11,892 bases of DNA from Nitrososphaerota archaeon (GCA_002317795.1 NVWC01000011.1:19328-31219); one strand, 5' to 3'; numbered from the stretch's first letter, positions 1 to 8,534 are shown. Notes: generated by a model from the sequence alone, not told the origin. Numbers and translations are program-made.

Positions 1-197
1 GCGGAGTATTTCATGATAAAGGATTTTGCAGATTCAGGGTTATCTAATTCTTCTAAAGATAGTTGAAGATCATCAGGAAATTGTTCATTCATTTGAAATA
101 GAATCCTTGATGCATCAACGTATTGACCAAGATTTTCAGCATACTCAAATTCTAATTGCATTCGATCAATTAGCATATCAAATTCCTGCAATGACAT
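1..197 (-). CDS. Hypothetical protein, 5' part (runs off the left edge)
   Basis: Manual translation from ATG at 197: MSLQEFDMLIDRMQLEFEYAENLGQYVDASRILFQMNEQFPDDLQLSLEELDNPESAKSFIMKYS, open to the edge. It is acidic, helical-looking and divergent from the tRNA. Not in the ORF track because no stop lies in the window. Confidence 0.75.
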   Translation of the reverse strand, partial: MSLQEFDMLIDRMQLEFEYAENLGQYVDASRILFQMNEQFPDDLQLSLEELDNPESAKSFIMKYS

Positions 198-291
198 GTC
201 AAATGTTTCAGGAATTAGTACAAAAAGCAGAGGTAATTACGAAATATCTAAAATCTAAAGACAAAAAAGCTTGTGTTTTTGTAAATCTGTT

Positions 292-385
292 GGACCGGTC
301 GTCTAGTTTGGTTTGGATGACGCACTCACACTGCGTAAGGAAGAAATTCCCGCAAAGGTCGTGGGTTCAAATCCCATCCGGTCCA
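292..385 (+). tRNA. tRNA-Val (anticodon CAC) with an intron at 338-356; CCA not encoded
   Basis: Acceptor GGACCGG(292-298)/CCGGTCC(378-384) with discriminator A385. D arm GTCT/GGAT. Anticodon stem ACGCA/TGCGT with loop CT-CAC-AC. T arm GTGGG-TTCAAAT-CCCAT. Removing 338-356 restores the standard AGGTC variable loop. Confidence 0.95.
338..356 (+). other. 19-nt archaeal BHB tRNA intron at position 44/45
   Basis: Central 4-bp helix TGCG(332-335)/CGCA(351-354), 3-nt bulges TAA(336-338) and AAG(355-357), inner hairpin GGAA-GAAA-TTCC, outer pairs AC/GT. Cutting after the second base of each bulge removes exactly 338-356. Confidence 0.88.
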
Positions 386-400
386 CATACTTTCATGGGT

Positions 401-408
401 ATTAAATA
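401..408 (+). promoter_or_regulatory. Candidate archaeal TATA box for the integrase stub
   Basis: ATTAAATA lies 25-32 nt upstream of ATG 433, the spacing expected for a leaderless transcript. The AT-rich background limits certainty. Confidence 0.4.
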
Positions 409-432
409 AGATACACATCATGGCATCATCTG

Positions 433-652
433 ATGGAAATCACACTAGAAAAAATCAACAGCCGAGATGATCCGTATCAGTTATTTTTAGACTCGATAAA
501 AAAACAAAGAGCCATCCAGACGATACAATAATTTGCTACACATATTTCTCAAACTAATTCCAAATCAAATTTATCAAAATACGTTAGGGGAAATTCCTCA
601 AGACAAGGAAAGAAAGATACTTGCAAAATTCTTTGTAGACACAGCAAGGAAA
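433..652 (+). pseudogene. N-terminal stub of a thaumarchaeal tyrosine integrase-like protein
   Basis: MEITLEKINSRDDPYQLFLDSIK, then a frameshift in A7 at 498-504, then NKEPSRRYNNLLHIFLKLIPNQIYQNTLGEIPQDKERKILAKFFVDTARK. From memory this resembles the N-termini of tRNA-adjacent Nitrosopumilus integrases. No catalytic R-HxxR-Y region remains. Confidence 0.65.
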
Positions 653-1047
653 TTTGGAAAGGCATACAGGCAATCGGATATTAATTTTATGATAAAGAAT
701 TTACCAAAAAATTCTACAATAACATTGGATTATTCTGCATATAAAATGACAAAATTTCAATCAGCTCAAGATCTTTATGTCTATGTTGATGATGTTGAAA
801 AAACAGCTCAATTTTTAAAAAAAATAATTTTAGAGAAGGAACAAAAGGAAATATTGTACTGCTCCCAAAAACAGGATCATTTGAAAATATAACAGAGCGA
901 GTATTTTTGGATTGTGTTGCAAAGGGGGGAGAAATATGATGGATGCAATTCAACTAAAACAGTGATCAAATTACCATCAAAGCTAGATTCACAACAGAGA
1001 TGTTACTAAAAGTACAGGAAGACTTACCCCTTGAATCCGTACATTGA
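653..1047 (+). pseudogene. 5'-truncated, multiply frameshifted AbiEi-like (type IV TA antitoxin-like) gene
   Basis: Reconstruction: FGKAYRQSD...ITLDYSAYKMTKFQSAQDLYVYVDDVEKTAQFLKK / NNFREGTKGNIVLLP...ERVFLDCVAKGG / RNMMDAIQL / QITIKARFTTEMLLKVQEDLPLESVH*. Shifts fall at A8 817-824, G6 924-929 and near 960. Its end overlaps the start of the nucleotidyltransferase gene. The family call is inferred from context and weak motifs. Confidence 0.5.
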
Positions 1048-1618
1048 AGAAGCAGTTCTAATAACACAAGATTTGGGTGATGTAACGTTTGTTGGGGCAG
1101 TAGCTGTATTTTTACATACCAAAAAAAGCAGAGAGTCTCAAGATCTAGATTTTGTCGTAGCAGAATAAATAACTCGCGGAGAATTTCTGAACTTAAAATA
1201 TAGATTTGTAGAGGAAAACGGTAAAGAAAAAACATACACTCCTAGAAATTATAAAATTGATGTTTATGCATCGCGTGAATTAAATGAAATTCCATTGCAG
1301 CAAATTATTGAAACACGTGCAGCCATCACAGTAGATAAGAAAAGTACTATAGTTAATGCGATTTGTTTAGAGGGATTAATTGTTACAAAACATAGGGCAA
1401 ATAGAGACCAGGATCTTGAAGATTTGAGCCTAATTGCAATGTATTGTTTTAGAAATACTGACTGGAAAATATTAAATAAATTTACAAAAAATGATCTAGA
1501 ATTTAGACAAATTGCCACAGACATGAAATTCTATAAAGACAATCCCCAGTTTGAGAAAAAATTAGAATTTTTGTTGAATAACTTGTACTTGTTTGAAACT
1601 TTTCTAGGAGCACTTTGA
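1031..1618 (+). pseudogene. AbiEii-like nucleotidyltransferase with a premature stop at codon 46
   Basis: TTG at 1031 gives MNPYIEEAVLITQDLGDVTFVGAVAVFLHTKKSRESQDLDFVVAE*ITRGEF..., in the same frame as track ORF 1295-1618. Motifs FVGAVAV, RxSxDLD, KIDV and LEGLIVTK...RDQDLEDL are typical of the family. TAA at 1166-1168. Confidence 0.75.
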
Positions 1619-1633
1619 CTGGAGGGATTCTAA

Positions 1634-1741
1634 TTAATTTGTATTCACTTTATTCTCCAAGAAAGGTTCAAGCATCTAAAGAATTGAATTCAGAAATAAT
1701 TCTAGAATATCCACATTATCATCAATTCCTAAAATTTTCAA
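1634..1741 (-). pseudogene. Internally deleted response-regulator receiver remnant
   Basis: TTG at 1741 gives MKILGIDDNVDILELF|LNSIL*MLEPFLENKVNTN*. A receiver beta1-DD-alpha1 start is joined to an alpha5-like tail, and the middle of the domain is missing. Confidence 0.55.
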
Positions 1742-1885
1742 TAATTTAATCAAGTAACTATTGAATATAAGATATATTTTTTTTATTAAATTTACATGAA
1801 TTCACATTGTTGTAAGTAAAATAATTAATTTATTGAACTGTTGTATAGATGACTTTTTGGTATGTTTTTTTCTTGCTTGATTTTT

Positions 1886-2035
1886 CTATAATTTCCTTAA
1901 TCCTCTACGTAAACAATTATTCAGTGTTCCAGAAAAACTAACTGATTTTGTAGATTTCATAATTTCTTTTGCCTGAATCAATCTTAATTTTATATCAAGA
2001 TCATCATTTAACATTATAGTAATTCTTTTACTCAC
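1886..2035 (-). CDS. Small ribbon-helix-helix-like DNA-binding protein (49 aa)
   Basis: GTG at 2035 gives MSKRITIMLNDDLDIKLRLIQAKEIMKSTKSVSFSGTLNNCLRRGLRKL*. It shows a KRITIML strand, a helix, S-F-S and a second helix, the CopG/RHH pattern. It is below the ORF track cutoff. Confidence 0.75.
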   Translation of the reverse strand: MSKRITIMLNDDLDIKLRLIQAKEIMKSTKSVSFSGTLNNCLRRGLRKL

Positions 2036-2082
2036 AAAATACTATTATATTATTATCACATGTAAATAATCCACAGTATAGA

Positions 2083-2098
2083 ACTCTCTTAAGGGAGT
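2083..2098. promoter_or_regulatory. Imperfect 16-bp palindrome between divergent genes (candidate operator or promoter)
   Basis: ACTCTCTTAAGGGAGT has 7 of 8 symmetric pairs. It overlaps a second inverted repeat, GAGTCCTC-CAAT-GAGGATTC (2095-2114). Confidence 0.4.
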
Positions 2099-2104
2099 CC
2101 TCCA

Positions 2105-3722
2105 ATGAGGATTCTTTACATATGTTTTTTGGGTATTGTTATCATGACTACACATCTTAGAGTTGCCCAAAGTATCCCCGTTTTTAAAAAAGGAATTCGT
2201 CAACAGCTGAGGTTTTCAAAATCTTTGGGCATCTTTACATTAATGATTTTTCTTTTTACACTTAGTATAATACCCCGTTTAGTATCTGATGTTTTTGCAG
2301 ATACACTTGATATTTCTAGTTGGGTTGCAAATGATCCTGATGATGCAGATGCTATTTATTCTGATGGAGATACATTAACTCTCACATTTAGTGCTAACAC
2401 AAATGCTACAAATGGTGGTACTATGACTGATGCTGAAATCAAAGCTAATTTCACGTTTGCAACTCCAAATATTGAAACCGATGTTACTTTTTCAGGATTA
2501 TGGACTAGTTTATCTACATTACAAATTACTGTTGACACAGCTGGTGCTGCAGCAACTATTGATGCATCAACAGTTCAAGGTACACTTCCTGCAGATGGTA
2601 GAATTGGAACTGCTGTTGATGGTCAGAATAATGGACTTGATAATACACATGGTTTGACTAATACTCTTAGTTCTGCATTAACTGGTGACTTTGGTTTGTT
2701 TGTTGCAGTTACTACTGAAAAGAACGGAAGTGGATGTGATGGTGATTGTGAAGAACCAACATTAGGGGTAAACAGTGATGGTAGACGACTAGTTGATAAT
2801 GGATTTTCATACAATGGCAAATCAATTGATGTTGAGCGCGTCTTTACACCATATCCTCTAGTTACAGTTAATGTATGGACACAAAACATTGCTGAGTTTA
2901 AAATTTATGAAAATATGGGTCCTGACAAAGTATCTCACTTTGAGTTAGCATTTGGTCTTGCAAGTGGTGATTACATTGGAGCAAGCAAAAGCTGTGATTA
3001 ATTGGGACAAGTCATGGGAGGGTATTGAAACAATGGATATTGTTGATCCTGAAAATGTTCTAGAGGATGTTCTAGTTACTACTTTTGAGGGTGATTGTTC
3101 TGAGGAATCAAAACAAAAATGCCTCATAGTTCAAATCATGCACACGTTTAGAGCACCACTTGATTTTAACATGCTTGGAACAAATGTCTGGGATGTTAAA
3201 CGAAATGCATGGCAAAATTATTACAATCATATAATAGTAGTTGGAGAATCCCTAAACCCACCAAAAGAATATGATGGAATTAGCAAAGGTCACATTTACC
3301 ATCTAACTGAAACTAGCAATACAACTGCAGTTGATGAATTTGGTGGTACATGGACACTTCAATATGATAAATGGGAAATGGATTACATTCCAAACAAAAA
3401 ACCATTAGATGGATTAACCATGCATGGTTACACTAGAACAAACTCCAACTTTGAGATGTACAAATATGCTCAACATATCATAGCAGAAACTACACTAGTT
3501 GAAATTTGTCCAAACTGTTTTGATGAGCCATTTGATAAAATCAATGACGTCTTTGCATATGAGTATCCTGTATCCATTAATTCACTTGATAATCCAGAAA
3601 TACAACAAAAGATGAAAATTGAATCACAAAGAGCACAAAAAATAATCAATGAATTACTTGAACCAATTAAATTTCATTACACTAGTTACACTCAAGTAAC
3701 AAACGAGGTGAAATACAATTAA
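2105..3722 (+). pseudogene. Secreted/cell-surface protein split by one frameshift (about 540 aa if repaired; true start may be a downstream ATG)
   Basis: A hydrophobic signal-like segment ends in VFA, followed by a Thr/Asp/Gly-rich beta-type domain and a Cys-containing domain (GCDGDCEEPTLG...CPNC). Removing one A from A4 at 2987-2990 joins the two track ORFs as IGASK-AVINWDK. Confidence 0.75.
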
Positions 3723-4077
3723 TATTCTAATCGTTGATGATAATAAATCAATTACAAGTTCATTATCAAAATATCTTAATTACAAGAAAATGGATTGTAC
3801 TGTAATTAATGATGGAAAAGATACACTTTCATTAATTTCAAATAATTCTTTTGATGTATTAATTTTAGATCTTGCCATGTCTGGTTTTAGTGGGTTTTCT
3901 GTTTTAGAAGAATTAGAAAAAGAGGATTTGTTAAAATCAACTAACATTATAGTGCTTACTGCAACACCCATCACACACAGAGAAGAGGATCTTTTGAAAA
4001 GATATGGGGTAAAAGAAATAATGAAAAAGCCTGCAGATATGACTAGTCTGATAAAAATTTTGGAAATCTATGCCTAA
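3718..4077 (+). CDS. Stand-alone response-regulator receiver (CheY-like), inferred ATT start
   Basis: (I/M)NILIVDDN...LILDLAMSGFSG...IVLTA...KKP retains DD, the phosphoacceptor D, T and K. GAGGTG at 3705-3710 is SD-like. The track start at 3790 would omit the DD pocket. Confidence 0.85.
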   Translation: MNILIVDDNKSITSSLSKYLNYKKMDCTVINDGKDTLSLISNNSFDVLILDLAMSGFSGFSVLEELEKEDLLKSTNIIVLTATPITHREEDLLKRYGVKEIMKKPADMTSLIKILEIYA

Positions 4078-4131
4078 AAATAACATGATAATCTTTTCTA
4101 AAAATTATCTCACACATGAGGAATAAAGAAA

Positions 4132-6420
4132 ATGAAACTCCCTCAAATAATTATAATTACATTTGTTGTTCTAAATGTTTGTGCTATTGGGTCTGTTTCA
4201 TATTTTTTGATAAATGACTTTCAAAATACTCTAACTACTTCTGTACTTGAGGATACTGAAGATGAACTTGAATTAAAATCCCAAACACTAGAAAACTATC
4301 TTGTATCAAATTCTGATAAGATAAAACTATACACAATATTTCCCGAGATACAAGGATTAATTAAATTCTCAGAATTTGGTGATTCTTTTATTTTTGATAA
4401 GGGAGAATGGTTAGAACTAATAAAGATACAATTTCAAGAAATAGTAAAGACCAATAATGATATTGATCAAATACGTGTTCTTGATAAAAATGGAATGGAG
4501 ATTATTAGAATTAATTCTGATGCAAATAACTTGCATGTTGTTTCTGAATCAGACTTGCAGGACAAGAGTGATAGATATTATTTCAAGGATGTAATAACAA
4601 CATCAAAAAATTATGTTTATCTTTCAGATATTGATCTTAATGTGGAACATGGAGAAATCCAATCCCCACATAAAACTATGTTGAGATTTATCACATCCAT
4701 TGTAGATGGTAGTGGTAATCAAATGGGAATAATGGTAGTCAATCATAATATGGATAGCCTTTTTTCATCAATTACCGACATCTCCAAGGGAAGTATGATG
4801 ATTGTAGATTATAATGGACAAGTCATTTACAGTAAAGACTCATCAAATCTATTTGGCAATCAATTGCAAACTGGATACACTTTTTTTGAAGAAGATGATT
4901 CCATTTTAGAATTAATTGATACAGAATCCACATTATATGATGAGGAAAATGAACTATACAAATTCTGGAAAAAAGTATCTAGTCCTTCTGATCCAGAAAA
5001 ATATTGGTTAATAATTGCTGAAATTCCTCAAAGTGAGATCCTTTTACCAATTCAAAATACCATATCTAATTCATATTATTTTGTAACTGTGTTTGTAGTA
5101 GGCACACTTGGAATTACCATATTCGTATCGAATCGAATCACCAGACCTCTGGGCAACCTAATTGAGCGAATAAAACTAGTTCAGGTAGGCAATTATGATA
5201 TACAAATTGCAATCAAAGGCTCTGATGAGATAAAAGAAATTGGTGAATCCTTCAATGACTTAACCTCCACACTACAGGTTCTAAAACAAATGTCTGAAAA
5301 GTTTTCAGATGATCTTGAGATTCAATTAAATGAATTAGAATTCATTAGTAATTCCCTAAAAAAGTCCACATGTTTGATGAAAATTGATCTTGATGCAAAC
5401 ATTACTTATGTTAATGATAGACTTTGTGAATTATCGGAGTATGATAAAGATGAATTATTAGGTCAAAATGAAAAAATTCTAATGCCTGAAATGTATTCTC
5501 AGGAATTAATCAAAGACATGTGGGATACAATTCTTGATGGAAGAATTTGGACTGGGGATACAAAAAACAAAAGACGTGATGGTACAACTTATTGGACCAA
5601 GAAAATAGTCATTCCAAAAAAAGATGCTAAGGATAATGTTGTGGAATTTTTAGTAATTCAAACAGACATTACATATGAAAAAGAACATCAGATTCTAACT
5701 GAAAATACTTTACAACAAGAGAGTCAAAAGAGATCCCTAGAAAATGAATTAACAAAAATGACATACCAGGATCTAGTCAATCCAATTTCTGCCATTTCTG
5801 GGAATTGTGAAATTCTAAAAAATATATCAATTGCTGAAAATTTTACAGATGAACAGAAAAAAATAATTGATACACTAGATGATGGTGCTAAAAAACTAGA
5901 CCAGCAGATTTATCAGATGTTAAATATCTATAAAATAAATTCTCATGAAATTATATTTACAAAATCAACTTTCACATTATATCTTTTAATTCAAAAAATT
6001 GTTTTAGACTATACTAGTAAAGCAAAAGAGAAAAGAACTATGCTGGTAAATGATATTGATCCATTATTGAAAATAAACTCTGATGAATCATATCTCACAC
6101 AGGTAATTGAACATCTGATTCAAAACGCACTAGAATTTGTTCCAGAAGATGGTGGAGTTATTCGTATTAATGCCAAAATTCAAGATGAAAAAATAGTATT
6201 TCATGTTCAAGATAATGGTGCGGGGTTCTCTTTAATTGAGCAAAAAAACCTACTCAAAAAATTCTATAAGGTTGATACATCAGATAATAGAGTGCACAAG
6301 CAATACGAGAAAAGACTGATTCTCTGTAAGGGAATTATTGAAGAACTAGGCGGTAAGATGTGGGTACAAAGTTATCCGGGGTTTGGCTCTTCATTTTACT
6401 TTGAATTACCATTTGAATAA
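4132..6420 (+). CDS. Membrane sensor histidine-kinase-like protein (TM-Cache-TM-HAMP-PAS-HisKA-HATPase) with degenerate catalytic motifs
   Basis: Two hydrophobic segments flank a Cache-like region (QDKSDRYYF, YLSDIDLNVEHG). HAMP: ITRPL...DEIKEIGESFN. PAS: YVNDRLCELSEY...WTG...DGTTYW. The N box and G1 box (DNGAG) are recognisable. The H box reads YQDLVNP and G2 reads KQYEKRL. Confidence 0.92.
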   Translation: MKLPQIIIITFVVLNVCAIGSVSYFLINDFQNTLTTSVLEDTEDELELKSQTLENYLVSNSDKIKLYTIFPEIQGLIKFSEFGDSFIFDKGEWLELIKIQFQEIVKTNNDIDQIRVLDKNGMEIIRINSDANNLHVVSESDLQDKSDRYYFKDVITTSKNYVYLSDIDLNVEHGEIQSPHKTMLRFITSIVDGSGNQMGIMVVNHNMDSLFSSITDISKGSMMIVDYNGQVIYSKDSSNLFGNQLQTGYTFFEEDDSILELIDTESTLYDEENELYKFWKKVSSPSDPEKYWLIIAEIPQSEILLPIQNTISNSYYFVTVFVVGTLGITIFVSNRITRPLGNLIERIKLVQVGNYDIQIAIKGSDEIKEIGESFNDLTSTLQVLKQMSEKFSDDLEIQLNELEFISNSLKKSTCLMKIDLDANITYVNDRLCELSEYDKDELLGQNEKILMPEMYSQELIKDMWDTILDGRIWTGDTKNKRRDGTTYWTKKIVIPKKDAKDNVVEFLVIQTDITYEKEHQILTENTLQQESQKRSLENELTKMTYQDLVNPISAISGNCEILKNISIAENFTDEQKKIIDTLDDGAKKLDQQIYQMLNIYKINSHEIIFTKSTFTLYLLIQKIVLDYTSKAKEKRTMLVNDIDPLLKINSDESYLTQVIEHLIQNALEFVPEDGGVIRINAKIQDEKIVFHVQDNGAGFSLIEQKNLLKKFYKVDTSDNRVHKQYEKRLILCKGIIEELGGKMWVQSYPGFGSSFYFELPFE

Positions 6421-6472
6421 TTACGAGACTGTGCCAATAATGTATCAAGACAAACTTTTTGCAATTATTTAT

Positions 6473-8521
6473 TTAAACATTTGAAATGTCATTGTGAATT
6501 TCAGGAATTATTTGCTGTGGAATCTTAAAAGTGAATATGGTACCCTTGCCAACTTCTGAATATACCCAAATCTCGCCACCTAATCCCTCAACTATTCCTT
6601 TACAAATTACTAGTCCTAGCCCAGTTCCTCCGTGTTTTCTTTTTAGTGTAGTATCAATGTGATAGAATTTCCTGAAAAGTTTTGGAATTTTTTCTAAAGG
6701 AATTCCTATGCCGTTGTCTTTAACATAAAATATTATTTTATCATGTTTTTTCATGGCACCAATATCTATTGTTCCAGTATTTTCATTTACAAAATCAATA
6801 GAATTTCTAATTAGATTGGATAAAACTTGACCTAATCTTTCACGATCTGAAATTATTTGAACCTCATCAAAATTAAAAGTCAATGAAATATTTTTTTGTT
6901 GTACTAGTTGTGCTACCTCCAACTTTACATCATCTAAGAATTTACAAAGTTTGAATTTTTTCATGTTGAATTGCATTTGTTTCATATCTAGTTTTTGAGC
7001 ATCAAAAATATCTCCAGTTAGGCGTTCTAAATTAGATGCCATTTTATCAATCATGTTAACTGATTCGAGTTGTTCAGTGTTTAACTTCCCCATCATTTCT
7101 GGATCTTTTAACATCTCACAATGCATCTTTATTGGAAAAATTGGTGTCTTTAGCTCATGTGATACCATTGCTGCAAATTCTTCTTTTTGGATAGTAAACT
7201 TTTTCTCAGATTGTAATTCTGCAGTTGATGCGGATAATTTATTTTCTAAAATAAGTTTCTGAATAAGTTCGTGGGATTGTTGTTTAATAATTTTATTATT
7301 TTTGGCAAGTTCAATGTGTGTATTATTTAATTCGTCATACAGTTTTTTTTCAGATGTGATATCAATTCGGATTGCAACATATTGTTTTATTTTATTGTGA
7401 GAATCAAAAATTGGCATTATTATTGTTTTAACCCAATAAAATGTTCCATCTTTTGCTTTGTTTTTTATATTTCCACGCCAAATTTTTCCTGAAGAAATTA
7501 TTTTCCAAATATTTTCAAAGAATTTAGCAGAATGATATACTGACTTTAAAATTCTATGATTTTCCCCAAGTAATTCTTCTCTTGAATATTTTGAAATCCT
7601 ACAAAATGAATCATTGACATATAGTATTTTTCCACTAACATCAGTGGTTGAAACAAGTGCTGCCTCATCTAGAGCGTCTTTCATTTCAGTTAGTTTGTTT
7701 TTTTGATTTTTGATAATCATGTAATTTTTTTCTGTATTTGTTTTTGATGTTTCAATACTCTTGGACATCATGTTGAAAGATTCTGTCAACTGTGATATCT
7801 CATCATTGCCTTTAACATTAAGATGAATAAATTTACCACTAGCAATACCATCAGAACTATCTTTTAGTTTTGATATGGGTATTGAAATTGAACGAAACAA
7901 CAAAAATCCCATAATTAAAGATGCAGTGACAATAATTATGGGAGCAATCACTATGAATACCCCCACGTATGATTCTAGTTCTAAAGTTTGTTTGTATCTT
8001 TTATTATTTAGTTCATTTTCAATTAAAATAAATTCTTTAAATTCACTCCGGATATCATCTAAAATATTTTTGCCAGTTTTAGCCTGTAAAAGTGTCGCCA
8101 CGTTATGACTCTCATCATGTAATTCTACATTTCTTGTTGCTTCTATTTCGGGTATTGCTACCTCTACTTTCCATTTTTGAAATAATTTTTCTATTCCCAC
8201 TAACTTTTCAACTTGTGAGAGATCATCTGAAACTAGTTGTTTTTCAATCTGCATTAATTCTGTAAATTCCTGTATGCCAGTAACATATGGCTCCAAAAAA
8301 GATTCATCATTTGTAATAATGAATCCTCTTTGTCCAGTTTCTGCATCAACTACAAGTTTTTCTAATTTTTGTGCATTTTGTAAAACTACTAGATCATGTT
8401 CTATCAAAAATGCATATTCATCATTCATTTGTTCAGTAGCAATAAAAGAAATACCCCCTAAAGAAACGGATAACATGCCAATTGAGAGAAATGCAAAGAA
8501 TAATTTTAATTTTATTTTCAT
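6473..8521 (-). CDS. Sensor histidine kinase (TM-CHASE3-TM-HAMP-PAS-HisKA-HATPase)
   Basis: CHASE3 signature DAETGQRGFIIT..ESFLEPY, HAMP DEISQLTESFN and PAS ELLGENHRILKS...WRGNIKNKAKDGTFYWV. Catalytic boxes are intact: H SHELKTP (His455), N NLIRNS, G1 DNGIGI, F LFRKF, G2 GGTGLGL. Confidence 0.96.
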   Translation of the reverse strand: MKIKLKLFFAFLSIGMLSVSLGGISFIATEQMNDEYAFLIEHDLVVLQNAQKLEKLVVDAETGQRGFIITNDESFLEPYVTGIQEFTELMQIEKQLVSDDLSQVEKLVGIEKLFQKWKVEVAIPEIEATRNVELHDESHNVATLLQAKTGKNILDDIRSEFKEFILIENELNNKRYKQTLELESYVGVFIVIAPIIIVTASLIMGFLLFRSISIPISKLKDSSDGIASGKFIHLNVKGNDEISQLTESFNMMSKSIETSKTNTEKNYMIIKNQKNKLTEMKDALDEAALVSTTDVSGKILYVNDSFCRISKYSREELLGENHRILKSVYHSAKFFENIWKIISSGKIWRGNIKNKAKDGTFYWVKTIIMPIFDSHNKIKQYVAIRIDITSEKKLYDELNNTHIELAKNNKIIKQQSHELIQKLILENKLSASTAELQSEKKFTIQKEEFAAMVSHELKTPIFPIKMHCEMLKDPEMMGKLNTEQLESVNMIDKMASNLERLTGDIFDAQKLDMKQMQFNMKKFKLCKFLDDVKLEVAQLVQQKNISLTFNFDEVQIISDRERLGQVLSNLIRNSIDFVNENTGTIDIGAMKKHDKIIFYVKDNGIGIPLEKIPKLFRKFYHIDTTLKRKHGGTGLGLVICKGIVEGLGGEIWVYSEVGKGTIFTFKIPQQIIPEIHNDISNV

Positions 8522-8527
8522 TTTTTT

Positions 8528-8534
8528 ATCACCT
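8528..8534 (-). promoter_or_regulatory. Shine-Dalgarno site of the CHASE3 kinase gene
   Basis: AGGTGAT on the minus strand, 6 nt before ATG 8521, consistent with an internal gene of an operon led by the receiver. Confidence 0.65.

Noticed and set aside
337-360. Long variable arm suggesting a Leu, Ser or Sec type tRNA, or a recoding tRNA
   Set aside because: The extra bases form an exact BHB intron, and their removal gives a normal class I tRNA-Val.
26-409. Track ORF of 127 aa on the plus strand
   Set aside because: It runs through the tRNA and is antisense to a more protein-like minus-strand frame at 1-197.
714-1524. Minus-strand track ORFs 714-953, 966-1235 and 1264-1524
   Set aside because: They are antisense shadows of the TA-like remnants and have no recognisable motifs.
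2987-2990. Programmed frameshift or phase variation in the surface-protein gene
   Set aside because: The run is only A4, with no slippery heptamer or evident stimulatory structure. Mutation or sequencing error is more likely.
2356-3974. Short track ORFs 2356-2538, 2430-2657, 2623-2889, 2945-3127 and 3780-3974
   Set aside because: They are alternative-frame or antisense overlaps of better supported genes.
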